NCBI GenBank assembly: GCA_965261395.1
Contig: OZ253462.1
Span: 4,832,001-4,896,000, forward strand
Direction of reading: 5' to 3'
DNA from: Candidatus Latescibacterota bacterium
GTDB taxonomy: Bacteria > Latescibacterota > UBA2968 > UBA8231
DNA: 64,000 nucleotides
Positions 10,697-20,177 of the stretch are shown here, piece by piece (positions within the stretch are counted from its first letter, which is position 1; each line of letters starts with the position of its first letter). Made by a program: the position numbers and the translations under genes. The notes under the pieces are model-generated. The model was not told where the DNA came from. It saw only the letters and a list, made by a program, of their open reading frames with translations, and did no database searches.

Positions 10697-10759
10697 GGAG
10701 TTTAGTGAATGCGAAGAGCGCGAAAGAACGGCGGCACAACGGGGCCGATTGGCGAGTGG

Positions 10760-10890
10760 TTACCGCATGGGACTGCGAGTGGTCCGAGTGCGCATCGGCC
10801 CAATCTCCATCCGAACCAATCTTGCTGCAGACCTCGTGCGAACAACTCGATGAAGGGGCCTGGACTGCACGTCTCGATCAACTCGTACTG
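10760..10890 (-). pseudogene. 3' remnant of an MT-A70-family DNA methyltransferase gene
   Basis: QYELIETCSPGPFIELFARG..W.GW resembles the C-terminal ELFAR motif of MT-A70 proteins. No start and no DPPW-containing N-terminal part. Confidence 0.55.
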
Positions 10891-10892
10891 TC

Positions 10893-11384
10893 CTAAAGCC
10901 TTAGGTAAACGAGAAACAGGGTGAGCGCGATTACAGTAATGCAGCCAGCCTGGAGCAAGAGCTGGCCGTAGCGCTCCCAATCGTGGCTCTGACTGACCTT
11001 GAGCTTGGGACGCTCCACTTCCTTGATATCTACCTGAAAGCGCTGCTCGTTGATGAGGCGGACGAGATGGGGGTCGTAGTCGGCAATGGCCTTTAGGACC
11101 ATGCGCTTGCGACGCGCCGCTTTTTCGGCGCAGGCCCGTTGGGCGTCCTTGGCCGCGACTTTACCCTGAGCAGTGGAGTGGTCGGCGATGCGAGTACTAG
11201 TCTTCTCCCGCGCCAAATTCTCGGCCAAGCGGCTGAGGGCTTCGCGGCTTTTTACGTTGTCCTGAATAACGGTATAGCAGGTATCGATAAAGCGGCTGAA
11301 ATCCGCGAGAATCTCGTCTTCCGAAAGCCCCAGCAAGTAGGACTCTTCGATCATTTCTTCAATGGCGTCTTTGACGTCGGCCAT
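10893..11384 (-). CDS. Hypothetical protein with C-terminal TM helix
   Basis: Helical charged ORF from MADVK ending in the hydrophobic LLLQAGCITVIALTLFLVYL. Confidence 0.6.
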   Translation of the reverse strand: MADVKDAIEEMIEESYLLGLSEDEILADFSRFIDTCYTVIQDNVKSREALSRLAENLAREKTSTRIADHSTAQGKVAAKDAQRACAEKAARRKRMVLKAIADYDPHLVRLINEQRFQVDIKEVERPKLKVSQSHDWERYGQLLLQAGCITVIALTLFLVYLRL

Positions 11385-11479
11385 AACGCAAGCTCTGTAA
11401 ATTAAATGTGCAAAAGCCAAGAAGCGCCCACACCAGCACCCCAGTTCCATTTCCAGATTACAGCATCACCCCAAACATG

Positions 11480-13042
11480 TCAAGCAGATCGCGCCGCATC
11501 TACCATCGCCAAGGCGATTTCATCGGCTATATCGCCCGCCCGCATCCCCCATTCCCCCAGCCGCTCGACCGCCCGATCCCCAGCCCGACCGTGGACATAG
11601 ACCCCGAGGCAAGCTGCGGCCTCTGCGCCGATCCCTTGGGCTATCAGCCCGGCGATGATCCCGGTCAGCACGTCGCCCGACCCGGCCGTGGCCATGCCCG
11701 CATTGCCCGTGGAGTTGACCGCCACGCGTCCATCGCCCAAGGCCACGACGGTCGGCGCGCCCTTCAACACGAGCGTCGCGCCGAATTCGCTGGCAAAGTC
11801 GCGGGCCACGGCCATGGGCGCGTCGGCAATCCGCCGCTTGTCCAACCCGCTCAAGCGGGCGAACTCGCCCACATGGGGCGTGAGGACCAGCGGTGCCGAG
11901 CGGCCCTTTAGCGCATCGGCTTGCCCGGCGAAAGCACTAAGCCCGTCTGCATCCAAAACGAGGGGCAGCTCGGTTTGCAACACCAGCCGCCTCACCAGCT
12001 CCTCGGTCTCCCGATAGCGCCCCAAACCCGGCCCCAATGCCAAGACATCGGCCCGCGTCAACATAGCGCACACTTCGCCCAAGGCCCGCAGAGACAAACA
12101 GCGCCGCTTGCGCACTTCGGGCAACGGCCGGGTCATCACCTCAGAGAGCTTGACTTCGAGAATGTCGTTGAGACTTGCGGGCACCCCTAGATGGACGCGA
12201 CCGGCCCCGCTTCTGAGCGCGGCATCCGCCGTCAGCGCGGCCGCCCCGGTCATGCCCACCGAACCCGCGACCACGGCCACCGTCCCGCAGCTTCCCTTGT
12301 GCTCGTCGCCACGGCGTCGCGGCACGAGCGCGCCTAGGCCCTCGGCGGAAAGCAGCAGGGCCTGGGCAACCGCATCGCGCAGGATAGGCTCGGGGAAGCC
12401 GATGTTGGCCAAGTGCAGCGCACCGCAATGCGACCGACCGGGATAGAATAGCTGCCCGACTTTGACCAATCCGAAGGTCACCGTCAGCATCGCTTGAACG
12501 GCCGCGCCGTGGACCTGCCCAGTATCGGCCTCGACTCCCGAGGGGATATCCACGGCCACTACCGGCCTTTCGCACTGGGCAATGCGCTCGATGACGCGCG
12601 CCATCGCAGGACGAGGTGCCCCTCGCAACCCGGTCCCCAAAAGCGCGTCAATCACCAAGTCGGCTTCTTGGAGGGCGGCGTCGAACGGGGCCAAATCCTC
12701 GCCGAGCACTTCGACGGCCTCGCCCGCCTGTTCGCAGCGCCGCAAATGCTCGGCGGCAGCCCCTTGCACCTCCGCGCGGTCTGCCGCGAGGAAGACGCGC
12801 ACCGACCCACCGCCAGCGCGCAAGAGCCGAGCTGCGGCAAACCCGTCGCCGCCATTGTTGCCCTTGCCGCACAGCACCACGGCCTGCAAACCGGCCAAGC
12901 CGTCCCAGCGCGCCGCAATGGCTGCAACCACTTCTGTACCCGCCCGCTCGATGAGTTCGGCGCTAGAAATATCCGCCTCGGCGATGGTGCGCTGATCGAC
13001 CGCCGCCATTTCTCGGCCCGTTACCAGTTTGTGCAAGTCCAA
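11480..13042 (-). CDS. nnr: Bifunctional NAD(P)H-hydrate epimerase/dehydratase (YjeF)
   Basis: GKGNNGGDG, DALLGTG, DIPSG, HKGSCG, GPGLG, DADGL, TPHVGEF, ATAGSGDVL. Confidence 0.95.
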   Translation of the reverse strand: MDLHKLVTGREMAAVDQRTIAEADISSAELIERAGTEVVAAIAARWDGLAGLQAVVLCGKGNNGGDGFAAARLLRAGGGSVRVFLAADRAEVQGAAAEHLRRCEQAGEAVEVLGEDLAPFDAALQEADLVIDALLGTGLRGAPRPAMARVIERIAQCERPVVAVDIPSGVEADTGQVHGAAVQAMLTVTFGLVKVGQLFYPGRSHCGALHLANIGFPEPILRDAVAQALLLSAEGLGALVPRRRGDEHKGSCGTVAVVAGSVGMTGAAALTADAALRSGAGRVHLGVPASLNDILEVKLSEVMTRPLPEVRKRRCLSLRALGEVCAMLTRADVLALGPGLGRYRETEELVRRLVLQTELPLVLDADGLSAFAGQADALKGRSAPLVLTPHVGEFARLSGLDKRRIADAPMAVARDFASEFGATLVLKGAPTVVALGDGRVAVNSTGNAGMATAGSGDVLTGIIAGLIAQGIGAEAAACLGVYVHGRAGDRAVERLGEWGMRAGDIADEIALAMVDAARSA

Positions 13043-13045
13043 TGC

Positions 13046-13786
13046 TCAAGCCTCCCAGGGGCGGATCAGTTCGCGCAGCCGGCGTGGGGCCTCACTGGGC
13101 AGAGACTGGCCCGTGTACTTGGGCAAGAGCGCGTGAAAGCCGACGCTGACCCACAAGGCCCAAGCCGCCAAGCCGCCGCAGAACAACCCCACCCCAGAAG
13201 CGACGCCAAGGCCCAAGGCCAAGCCTGCGCTCAGTAGAAAAACCAGTGAGAGCTTTATATTATCGACCGATAGAAGAAAGCTATGGCGCACGGTGGCCCA
13301 CACCGACCCTTCTTGGGTGACCAGCACTGGAAAAACATACACTGCGACCATGCCCACCAGCAGTATGAACCAGACCATCAGCCCGCCCAAAAGCACCCCA
13401 AGCCAGCCGCCCAGCCGCTGGTAAAAGACCACGTTGGTCAGCACCAGTGCGACCGCGGCGACCATCAACAACCCCAGCGCGAGGGCGCGCCAAAAAAACG
13501 CGCGGCCAGCCGCCCAAAACTCCCGCAGGCCGAAGTCCCTGCCCCGTGCCCAAGCGGCCCCAGCGGCGAAAAGCACTGCCGTGGCCGGTGCGCCCAACAG
13601 CAGGGCACCGGCTAAGACGATAGCCCCCACCAAGCCCAAGCCACCTAGCCCAAATCCTAGTTGCAAAAGCAGGTAGGCCCCGCCGATCCAAGGCAGGCTC
13701 AACGCGCTCCACAGCAAGTTGTAGCCCACCAGCCCGCCCAAGCGGTCGTACGCCGTCCACAAGAAGCGTTGCAGGTTTCCGCTCAA
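13046..13786 (-). CDS. YesL/DUF624-like integral membrane protein
   Basis: About six hydrophobic segments; NLLW...APATAVLF...FW..GRAFFWRAL pattern. Confidence 0.55.
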   Translation of the reverse strand: MSGNLQRFLWTAYDRLGGLVGYNLLWSALSLPWIGGAYLLLQLGFGLGGLGLVGAIVLAGALLLGAPATAVLFAAGAAWARGRDFGLREFWAAGRAFFWRALALGLLMVAAVALVLTNVVFYQRLGGWLGVLLGGLMVWFILLVGMVAVYVFPVLVTQEGSVWATVRHSFLLSVDNIKLSLVFLLSAGLALGLGVASGVGLFCGGLAAWALWVSVGFHALLPKYTGQSLPSEAPRRLRELIRPWEA

Positions 13787-15036
13787 TGGTCCTCCAAGCC
13801 GCGCAGCATAAACTCGGCGTACGTACGGGCTGTCAACACCAAGTCGCGCACCCGCACGCGCTCATCTATCCCGTGAATGCGCTCGCCCTTTACCCCATAG
13901 CCAATGCCGGGCAAGCCGCCGTCAATCGCAAAGTAGTGCAGATCTGTAAAGCCAGAGCTGAGCCGGTAGCCAGCGGCGCGGCGGCGCACGGCTTGCACGG
14001 CCCGCGCAAATGCCTGGGGCAGCGCGTGATCAGCATCGACGACGCAAGGCTCAATCTGCAAAGGCGCTGCCACTCGGCAGGGTGGCTCGGCGGCCTGCGC
14101 CACAGCGCGTCTCAGCTCGCGCTCGACTGCTGCGAGCTGCTCGCCGGGCACTAAGCGGCGGTCGAGCGAAAAGCGAGCATACGCGGGTACGGTGTTTATC
14201 TTGTCGCCCTCCCCACCGGCGAAGACGCCACCGATATTGAGCGTGGGGTTGCGCGACCGACCGTCGAAATCCACGTAGCGGCGCTGGGGCGCATTTAGTT
14301 TCCTTTTGTAGGCTTGCAACTTCTGCACTACGCTGGCCATGGCTTCAAAGGCGTTGACCCCCTGTTCTGGGTTAGAAGCGTGGGCGGCCTTGCCCGTCAA
14401 CTCGACCTCTAACCACAGCACGCCGTTGTGACCGCAGCCGACCTGCGTCCCAGCCGCCCCCTCACAGACGACTGCGAAATCGGCGTTCACCAGCCCCTTG
14501 TTTACAATCCATCCCGCGCCCAATTGGCCGCCGGTCTCCTCGTCGGCCGTAAACGAACATTCGATGTTAAAAGCCGGCTCAGCACCCGTTTCCTTGAGCG
14601 CCTCCACGGCCATCAGCAACGCGGCGATCGACCCTTTCATGTCCCCGGAGCCGCGGCCATAGAGCGCACCGGCGGCCAGCCCCGGCTCGAAAGGGCTGCC
14701 GAATTTCCACTGCCCAGCGCAGGGCACCACGTCGTAGTGGGCATTGAAATGCACCGTCTGCGGCCGGCCGGCGTCCCACCGAGCAATCAGGTTGTAGCGC
14801 GGGAACTCGGCCGATCCGAGTACTCGGCGGACCTCTTGATCTGGAACGCGGTGGACTTGGGCCTGCATGCCCAAGTCCTGACAGCATCTCAAGAGCGCGT
14901 CGGCCATCGCTTGGTAGTTATTCCCCGGCGGATTGACGGTATTCACGTGAACTAAAGCCTGCGCGCTATCAATCAACTGCTCTTGGTGCTTTTCGATGTA
15001 TTGGTGAACCCCAGATTTCACACGTGATTCGCTCAG
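13783..15036 (-). CDS. M20 metallopeptidase (ArgE/DapE family)
   Basis: NAHYDVVP, YGRGSGDMKG, ADEETGG, GKAAHAS, HGIDE. A probable CTG start at 15036 has AAGGAG 9 nt upstream (start uncertain). Confidence 0.88.
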   Translation of the reverse strand: MSESRVKSGVHQYIEKHQEQLIDSAQALVHVNTVNPPGNNYQAMADALLRCCQDLGMQAQVHRVPDQEVRRVLGSAEFPRYNLIARWDAGRPQTVHFNAHYDVVPCAGQWKFGSPFEPGLAAGALYGRGSGDMKGSIAALLMAVEALKETGAEPAFNIECSFTADEETGGQLGAGWIVNKGLVNADFAVVCEGAAGTQVGCGHNGVLWLEVELTGKAAHASNPEQGVNAFEAMASVVQKLQAYKRKLNAPQRRYVDFDGRSRNPTLNIGGVFAGGEGDKINTVPAYARFSLDRRLVPGEQLAAVERELRRAVAQAAEPPCRVAAPLQIEPCVVDADHALPQAFARAVQAVRRRAAGYRLSSGFTDLHYFAIDGGLPGIGYGVKGERIHGIDERVRVRDLVLTARTYAEFMLRGLEDH

Positions 15037-16514
15037 AACGTGGTCTCCTTGGTCGTTATGGGGCACCAGCGCGCCGCGGTCAAATGGTGCAGCAATACGT
15101 CTTGGGCCTGGGGCGTGCCAATCTGTTGCAGGGCGGCCGAGCTGTGCCCCTGGACGTAGCGATTCTCGTCGCTGAGGGCCTCAGCCAACGCTTCTGTGGC
15201 CGCTGCGGCCCCCGGGCCGAAGTGGGCCAGCGCATAGGCGGCGTTGAAGCGCACCTGCTCGTCCTCGTCGCCCAGCAGCGCGGCCAACGCGGGCACGGCC
15301 CCTTCTGGATGCAGTTCAATCGTCCCGAGGGCCTCGGCCACGTTGCACCGCACCCATGTGTCTGGGTCGTCGTGTAGCGCGCACAGGGCGGTCGCAGCCG
15401 CAGCACCCGCCCGCGGCCCCATGTCGCCCAGCGCGTACGCGGCAAAACCCCGCACGTGGGCGCGCTCGTCGCCAAGGGCCGCAACCAAGGCATCCACGGC
15501 CTCCTCTCCCACCGCACCGAGTGCATACGCCGCGTGTTCGCGCACGTGTTCGCGCTCGTCGTCGAGGGCTGCCATCAAAGGGCGTACCGCGGCCGCACCC
15601 ACTGCACCCAGCGCATACGCGGCATTGAGGCGCACTGGCTCGGCCTCGTCGCCCAGCGCGCCGAGCAGCGCGTCGAGCGCGGGAGCGGCTTTTTCCCCTA
15701 GCGCGCCGAGGGCGTCGGTCGCGGCAAGGCGTTGTTCTAATGTCCCTTGAAGAGACTCAATCAGTTGCTCGATTTGCCCGCTGGCCTCGGCGCGACTCGG
15801 GGTGCCCGCGTGCCAATCCCATATCCGCGACCACACAACTCGATGCTTGGTAGAGGGAGCGGAGCCGTTGGCCGGCCACTCCGGGACTTGGATGTTCCAA
15901 GTGGGCCGGCTCGGCTCGCTGAGGCGGGTAAATTGGAACTTCACCATGTAGCGGTTGGCCTCCGTGCTATTGGGCATGGCCCGGTGCCACAAGTCAAAAT
16001 GCACCAAGGTGCAGGTGCCAGCCTCGCCGCAGACGGGCAAGTGGCGCTCGTCCTTTTCGTCGGCTGCGCGGTCGTTGTAGTAATGCGTGCCGGGCATGAC
16101 CGCGGTGGGGCCGTTTTCCAAGGTGACGTCTTGTGGGTAGTAAAAAATCATCACCCAGCGATTGCGATGATAGCGCACCTTGCGATAGCCCCAATAGCTG
16201 TCCTTGTGCCAGCCACCACCCTGGCCGCCGGCCGGATTGATGTGGCAGTGGCGGTGGGCGTGCATGATGTAATCCGGCCCGACCACCGACGTGAGAGCAC
16301 CGCGCACGACCGGATCGTCAAAGACCTGTTGCAACGCCGGGATGCGAGGCAGAATATTGTTGCCGGGATTGCCCTCCTTGGCAAAAACATCTTCGGTGCG
16401 CTGGTAGATGTCTTGGTGGAGGGAGGCGGGCAGCGAGGATTTGAGCGTGAGATAGCCCTCGGCTATAAACTGCTGCATCTCCTCGTCGCCGAGGAGAAAC
16501 TGAGGGTCTAACAT
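15033..16514 (-). CDS. PhyH-family Fe(II)/2OG dioxygenase fused to HEAT repeats
   Basis: HxD motif WHKD, GPTAVMPGTH and distal His in LWHRA; then about six HEAT_PBS repeats (VRLNAAYALG, VREHAAYALG...). Confidence 0.85.
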   Translation of the reverse strand: MLDPQFLLGDEEMQQFIAEGYLTLKSSLPASLHQDIYQRTEDVFAKEGNPGNNILPRIPALQQVFDDPVVRGALTSVVGPDYIMHAHRHCHINPAGGQGGGWHKDSYWGYRKVRYHRNRWVMIFYYPQDVTLENGPTAVMPGTHYYNDRAADEKDERHLPVCGEAGTCTLVHFDLWHRAMPNSTEANRYMVKFQFTRLSEPSRPTWNIQVPEWPANGSAPSTKHRVVWSRIWDWHAGTPSRAEASGQIEQLIESLQGTLEQRLAATDALGALGEKAAPALDALLGALGDEAEPVRLNAAYALGAVGAAAVRPLMAALDDEREHVREHAAYALGAVGEEAVDALVAALGDERAHVRGFAAYALGDMGPRAGAAAATALCALHDDPDTWVRCNVAEALGTIELHPEGAVPALAALLGDEDEQVRFNAAYALAHFGPGAAAATEALAEALSDENRYVQGHSSAALQQIGTPQAQDVLLHHLTAARWCPITTKETTF

Positions 16515-16590
16515 GAGAAGTCTCCTGAGATGATGGGAACAAGGGCGATTTTGGCCCAAAAAGTATCGTTGGAGGCCGGGTAGGGCAATC

Positions 16591-17181
16591 CTAAGATACG
16601 GGCCGCGCGGTCCCCCATTGGGACAGCTTATCCAACAGGTGGCGCAGGGCCGTCTCTGTAGTCATCTCGTCCATGTCCAGCGTCACATGGGCTTGGTCAA
16701 AGCCGCCTTGGCGCTCGGCCAACAGCGGCCGGAGTTGCGCCGTGCTTTCGGGCGGTTGCAGCAGCAGCGGATGCGGCCGCTGCGCCGCTTCTAAGGCTGG
16801 CTGGCGCAGCTTCCAATAGGTGCTGGCCAGCGACATTTTGAGATACACCAACGTCGCTTTGTCCAGTACCTGCTGGAGATTGCCCCCTTTGATCAGCGCC
16901 CCATCGCCCAAGACGACGATCCCGGGCGGACGAGTGGCCAATGCTTGGGCGAGAAAGCGGTCTTCTAATCCGCGTAGGGCCTCTATACCCTGCGTCTGCA
17001 CGAGAGCTACCAAGGACTGGCCGGCCTGGTGTTCGATCCAGCGATCCACTTCAATGAGGGGCAGACCACTCAAGGCGGCCAAGTCGCGGCCCAAGCTGTG
17101 TTGGTCAACGCCGAGGAAGCCGATGAGAGCAACCGGACGCTGTAGCAGGACCAGCGGGCCTGGTTCGTAGTAATTGGACAA
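16591..17181 (-). CDS. Shikimate kinase-like protein with degenerate P-loop
   Basis: AroK-like pattern (ALIGFLG, EVDRWIE, GIEALRGLE, VVLGDG, VYLK), but Walker A reads GFLGVDQH rather than GxxGxGKS/T. Confidence 0.65.
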   Translation of the reverse strand: MSNYYEPGPLVLLQRPVALIGFLGVDQHSLGRDLAALSGLPLIEVDRWIEHQAGQSLVALVQTQGIEALRGLEDRFLAQALATRPPGIVVLGDGALIKGGNLQQVLDKATLVYLKMSLASTYWKLRQPALEAAQRPHPLLLQPPESTAQLRPLLAERQGGFDQAHVTLDMDEMTTETALRHLLDKLSQWGTARPVS

Positions 17182-17443
17182 GGCGTTCAGTCGCTTTCTG
17201 GATTGCAGGCGGTGGTGATATAGGCAAAGATGAACACGGGATTAACTCCTTGGTGCGAGCAAGCGACATGAGGCCCTTGGGCAATGACAATTTCACCGAA
17301 TCCTGCATTGACGTCAAAGACGAGGTATTTGTACGGCATTCTGGATGAGACGACGTCGTGCAAGTTCCGCCGTTTGCTGGAGAGGCCTCGTTTGACGGAT
17401 GGATTGTTCCGGCTTGGGAAGAGCTACTTACCCCGGGCAAAAG

Positions 17444-20143
17444 TCAATACGCCACCCCAACTAGGCGAGCAGCCGAGTTGTCATCCCTCGCGTCGTCATC
17501 CACCTTAATACGGGCAAGGTAAAGGCCCGGGGATACTAAATTCCCCCCTTCATCTCGTCCGTCCCAGACGAGGCGATACAGCCCGTTGGCCAGATCGCGC
17601 CGCTCAGATAGACGCCTCACTTTCCTGCCCGCCAAGTCGTAGAATTCCACCCACACTTGCCGGGCTACATTGACTTTGAGCACGGCAAACGAAAAGACAG
17701 CCGTGTCGTTGATGCCGTCGCCATTCGGGGTAAAAATGGCGGGATCCACCTCGATTATCCCGATCTGCCCGCCGTGGGCGGTCGTCAATACTGTCAGCCC
17801 CTCACCGGCGGCCAATTCGTCTCCTACCGGGTCCGCCGGATCCACCCTCTGCCAGTTGTCCGCTTGAGTCGAGCGCCCAACTTCGGCTGCAAAAGTGGCA
17901 CCGCTCAGGAAAACACGCGACGAAAAAGAGAGTCGCACAATGTCCGCACTGCCTCGCCGCAGTACCCTTGGCAAGCCGAGTTGGAGAGTGTCTCCTGCCA
18001 CTTTGGTCAATTCCAGTTTCTCCCCCTCTCCATTCTCAAAACGGCCTTTTGCCACTTCGGCAAATATTTCCTCGTTTCCGGCTGCAAATTCGCTTTCGTC
18101 TCCTAAGCTCACTTGGCGCAGTTCAATATTCGCTCGCGAAGGAGCTATGAGACGGATGCGGTCGAATCCCGGGTCTCGAGCGGTGAAGGAGGGGCGTATG
18201 AAGAGATCGAAATCGGTGAGTTCGCCGATGGGGACATTTCGCTTGGGCTCTATTTCCCCGGCGATGCGCTCTGCCAGCGGCGCTGTGAAGTGGACTTGGA
18301 TAGACTGCAAGCTGGCGGCCACGGCCGCGTCTCCACTGAGCAGTCTCGTCTGGATCATCATATAGCGCCGGGGGCTGGGGGAACGTATGACTTCGCCCGG
18401 CTCGATATAGACTTGGCTCCAGTTGCTCCAGCCCGGTCCCGGCAGGAACTCGGTAATGATATCCCCCCTGTAGAAGGACGGCTGATCCTCGTATTCTTCT
18501 TTGTTGGCTACTTCCGTGCCGTCTTTTTTGAAATAGCGGTTTACTTCGCGCAGATCGTTTCCCGTGCGAGTGCGGATTTCCACCGCTGTGCCGGAGGGGG
18601 TGTTCGCTTCCCATTCGATGGTAGTCAGCGTCTTGGAACTCTCCAGATCGATGAGGTCAGAAGTCATCTCGAGAAGCGGCAGATGCCCGTTGGCGAAGAC
18701 TTGGATTTCGGTCACCGTGCTCAGTATCCGATGCCCTTCATGGGCCCTAGTGCGGCGGGCAATATCTAGGTTGCGGAATTCTATAAAGCGTATCGGGCGC
18801 GGCGCAAAGCGATCCTCAAACAACCGCGTATTCTGGTTTAGCTGCCGCGTCTCACCACTCAATTCCTCCCAGATTAAACTGCCATCCGGCGCCAGCGAGC
18901 CGTCCGAACCACGCAATAGATAACCAATCAGGTTTCTTCCTCCGACGCGGGTAATGATGCGCACCGCATGGACCAGGAAGTAGGTGCCCAGATCTACGTT
19001 CAACAGACCCCACTCGGCGGTCTCCCCGGTGGGAAAGTAAACCATGCCCTGCCACTCGGTGCGCACGTTGCCGTCAACGGCAAGTTCGGGCGAAGAATTG
19101 GGATTGACATCGTGCAAATTACCGCCGCGCTCTACGATCCCCAAGGCAATGTTCTCGCCTATAGTCCATACCTCCACCTCGGCGAGTTGAGGCCGTTCGC
19201 GGCGGTAATAGCGCACCCCGCCCTGCTGCTCAAGTGGCAACTGGTCGTAGCGCTCGGCCGTTACTAGACGCTCTTCACCGGCAATTTTCCAGACGTATTC
19301 CACAGCGCCTTGGTTCTCTGCTGTCAACGCCTGATAATCCTCGGCCGAGAGCTGTTGCGCCCGCTCGCCATTGGTGGCCGTGGCCGCGACGCGCAGGTAC
19401 TGCATAATGCGGCCGCTCCACTCCTCTGTATGGGTGCCCAGCGGTGCGAGATCAAACTCAAAGACCCGCTGGTCGCGATTGGGCTGAGTGGTACTGCCAA
19501 CCAAGGTATAGTCCAAGGCACCGCTGCGGTCAGCCGTGCCAAAGGGGTTTTGCCCCCCTGCCGAATGCACCCTGAATTGCAGGAACGGGTCCCCTTCTTC
19601 GGCAAAGCGCACGACGACCTTGGTGGCCGACACCAGACGGCCAAGATCAATCTCCAACACCCAGTCCCGCAGGGGATCGGCCGGGTCCGGCTCCCAAGCT
19701 GTAGCCGGATTTGCGTCAATGGCCCGCTCCGCTAGCTGCGGATTTGAACCGGCCCTTTTGATCCCTCCGTGCGCCAGCAGAGTGTTGTTTTCATCTTGGA
19801 ACGAATTGGCGTACTGATCTCGCAAGCTGCCATCAATGGGATAGCTAAAGTCGGCCACATTCAATATGGCGTTGTGCGGTACTTGTACAAATCTGGACTG
19901 CATCGAGCCAGACGGCGTTATGGTCACCATATCTCCCGGAAAATCCCAGGCCTGCCAGTGCGCCTGAGTCCGCACCTCTACCCGATCCGCGCCCAAACTG
20001 TAACCCCTCGACTGGGCCCATACCCCATTTAGAGCCATAGAAAAAAAAAGGGCTACAAAACAGAGCGCCGGGGACAAAAGACCCGATCTCCTCGCGGCCG
20101 TCTCCGAAATCATCGAGTACTGCGTAGGTAAGCGGTGTTCCAT
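17444..20143 (-). CDS. Large secreted protein, discoidin/F5-8C-like domains plus C-terminal FlgD/CHU_C-type domain (paralog A)
   Basis: Signal-like N-terminus; AID.NP.TAW...LEIDLG and AVDGN..TEW..VDLG; C-terminal FTPNGDGINDT...YDLAGRKVR...WDGRDEGG.LV.PGLY. Confidence 0.75.
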   Translation of the reverse strand: MEHRLPTQYSMISETAARRSGLLSPALCFVALFFSMALNGVWAQSRGYSLGADRVEVRTQAHWQAWDFPGDMVTITPSGSMQSRFVQVPHNAILNVADFSYPIDGSLRDQYANSFQDENNTLLAHGGIKRAGSNPQLAERAIDANPATAWEPDPADPLRDWVLEIDLGRLVSATKVVVRFAEEGDPFLQFRVHSAGGQNPFGTADRSGALDYTLVGSTTQPNRDQRVFEFDLAPLGTHTEEWSGRIMQYLRVAATATNGERAQQLSAEDYQALTAENQGAVEYVWKIAGEERLVTAERYDQLPLEQQGGVRYYRRERPQLAEVEVWTIGENIALGIVERGGNLHDVNPNSSPELAVDGNVRTEWQGMVYFPTGETAEWGLLNVDLGTYFLVHAVRIITRVGGRNLIGYLLRGSDGSLAPDGSLIWEELSGETRQLNQNTRLFEDRFAPRPIRFIEFRNLDIARRTRAHEGHRILSTVTEIQVFANGHLPLLEMTSDLIDLESSKTLTTIEWEANTPSGTAVEIRTRTGNDLREVNRYFKKDGTEVANKEEYEDQPSFYRGDIITEFLPGPGWSNWSQVYIEPGEVIRSPSPRRYMMIQTRLLSGDAAVAASLQSIQVHFTAPLAERIAGEIEPKRNVPIGELTDFDLFIRPSFTARDPGFDRIRLIAPSRANIELRQVSLGDESEFAAGNEEIFAEVAKGRFENGEGEKLELTKVAGDTLQLGLPRVLRRGSADIVRLSFSSRVFLSGATFAAEVGRSTQADNWQRVDPADPVGDELAAGEGLTVLTTAHGGQIGIIEVDPAIFTPNGDGINDTAVFSFAVLKVNVARQVWVEFYDLAGRKVRRLSERRDLANGLYRLVWDGRDEGGNLVSPGLYLARIKVDDDARDDNSAARLVGVAY

Positions 20144-20177
20144 AACCTATTGTCCCGGATAAAACGTACCTACGTAT

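Noticed and set aside
17105-17508. Short ORFs 17105-17440 (-) and 17284-17508 (+) as genes
   Set aside because: They overlap neighbouring genes and have no motifs; only the 33-nt ferredoxin-like match is supportable.
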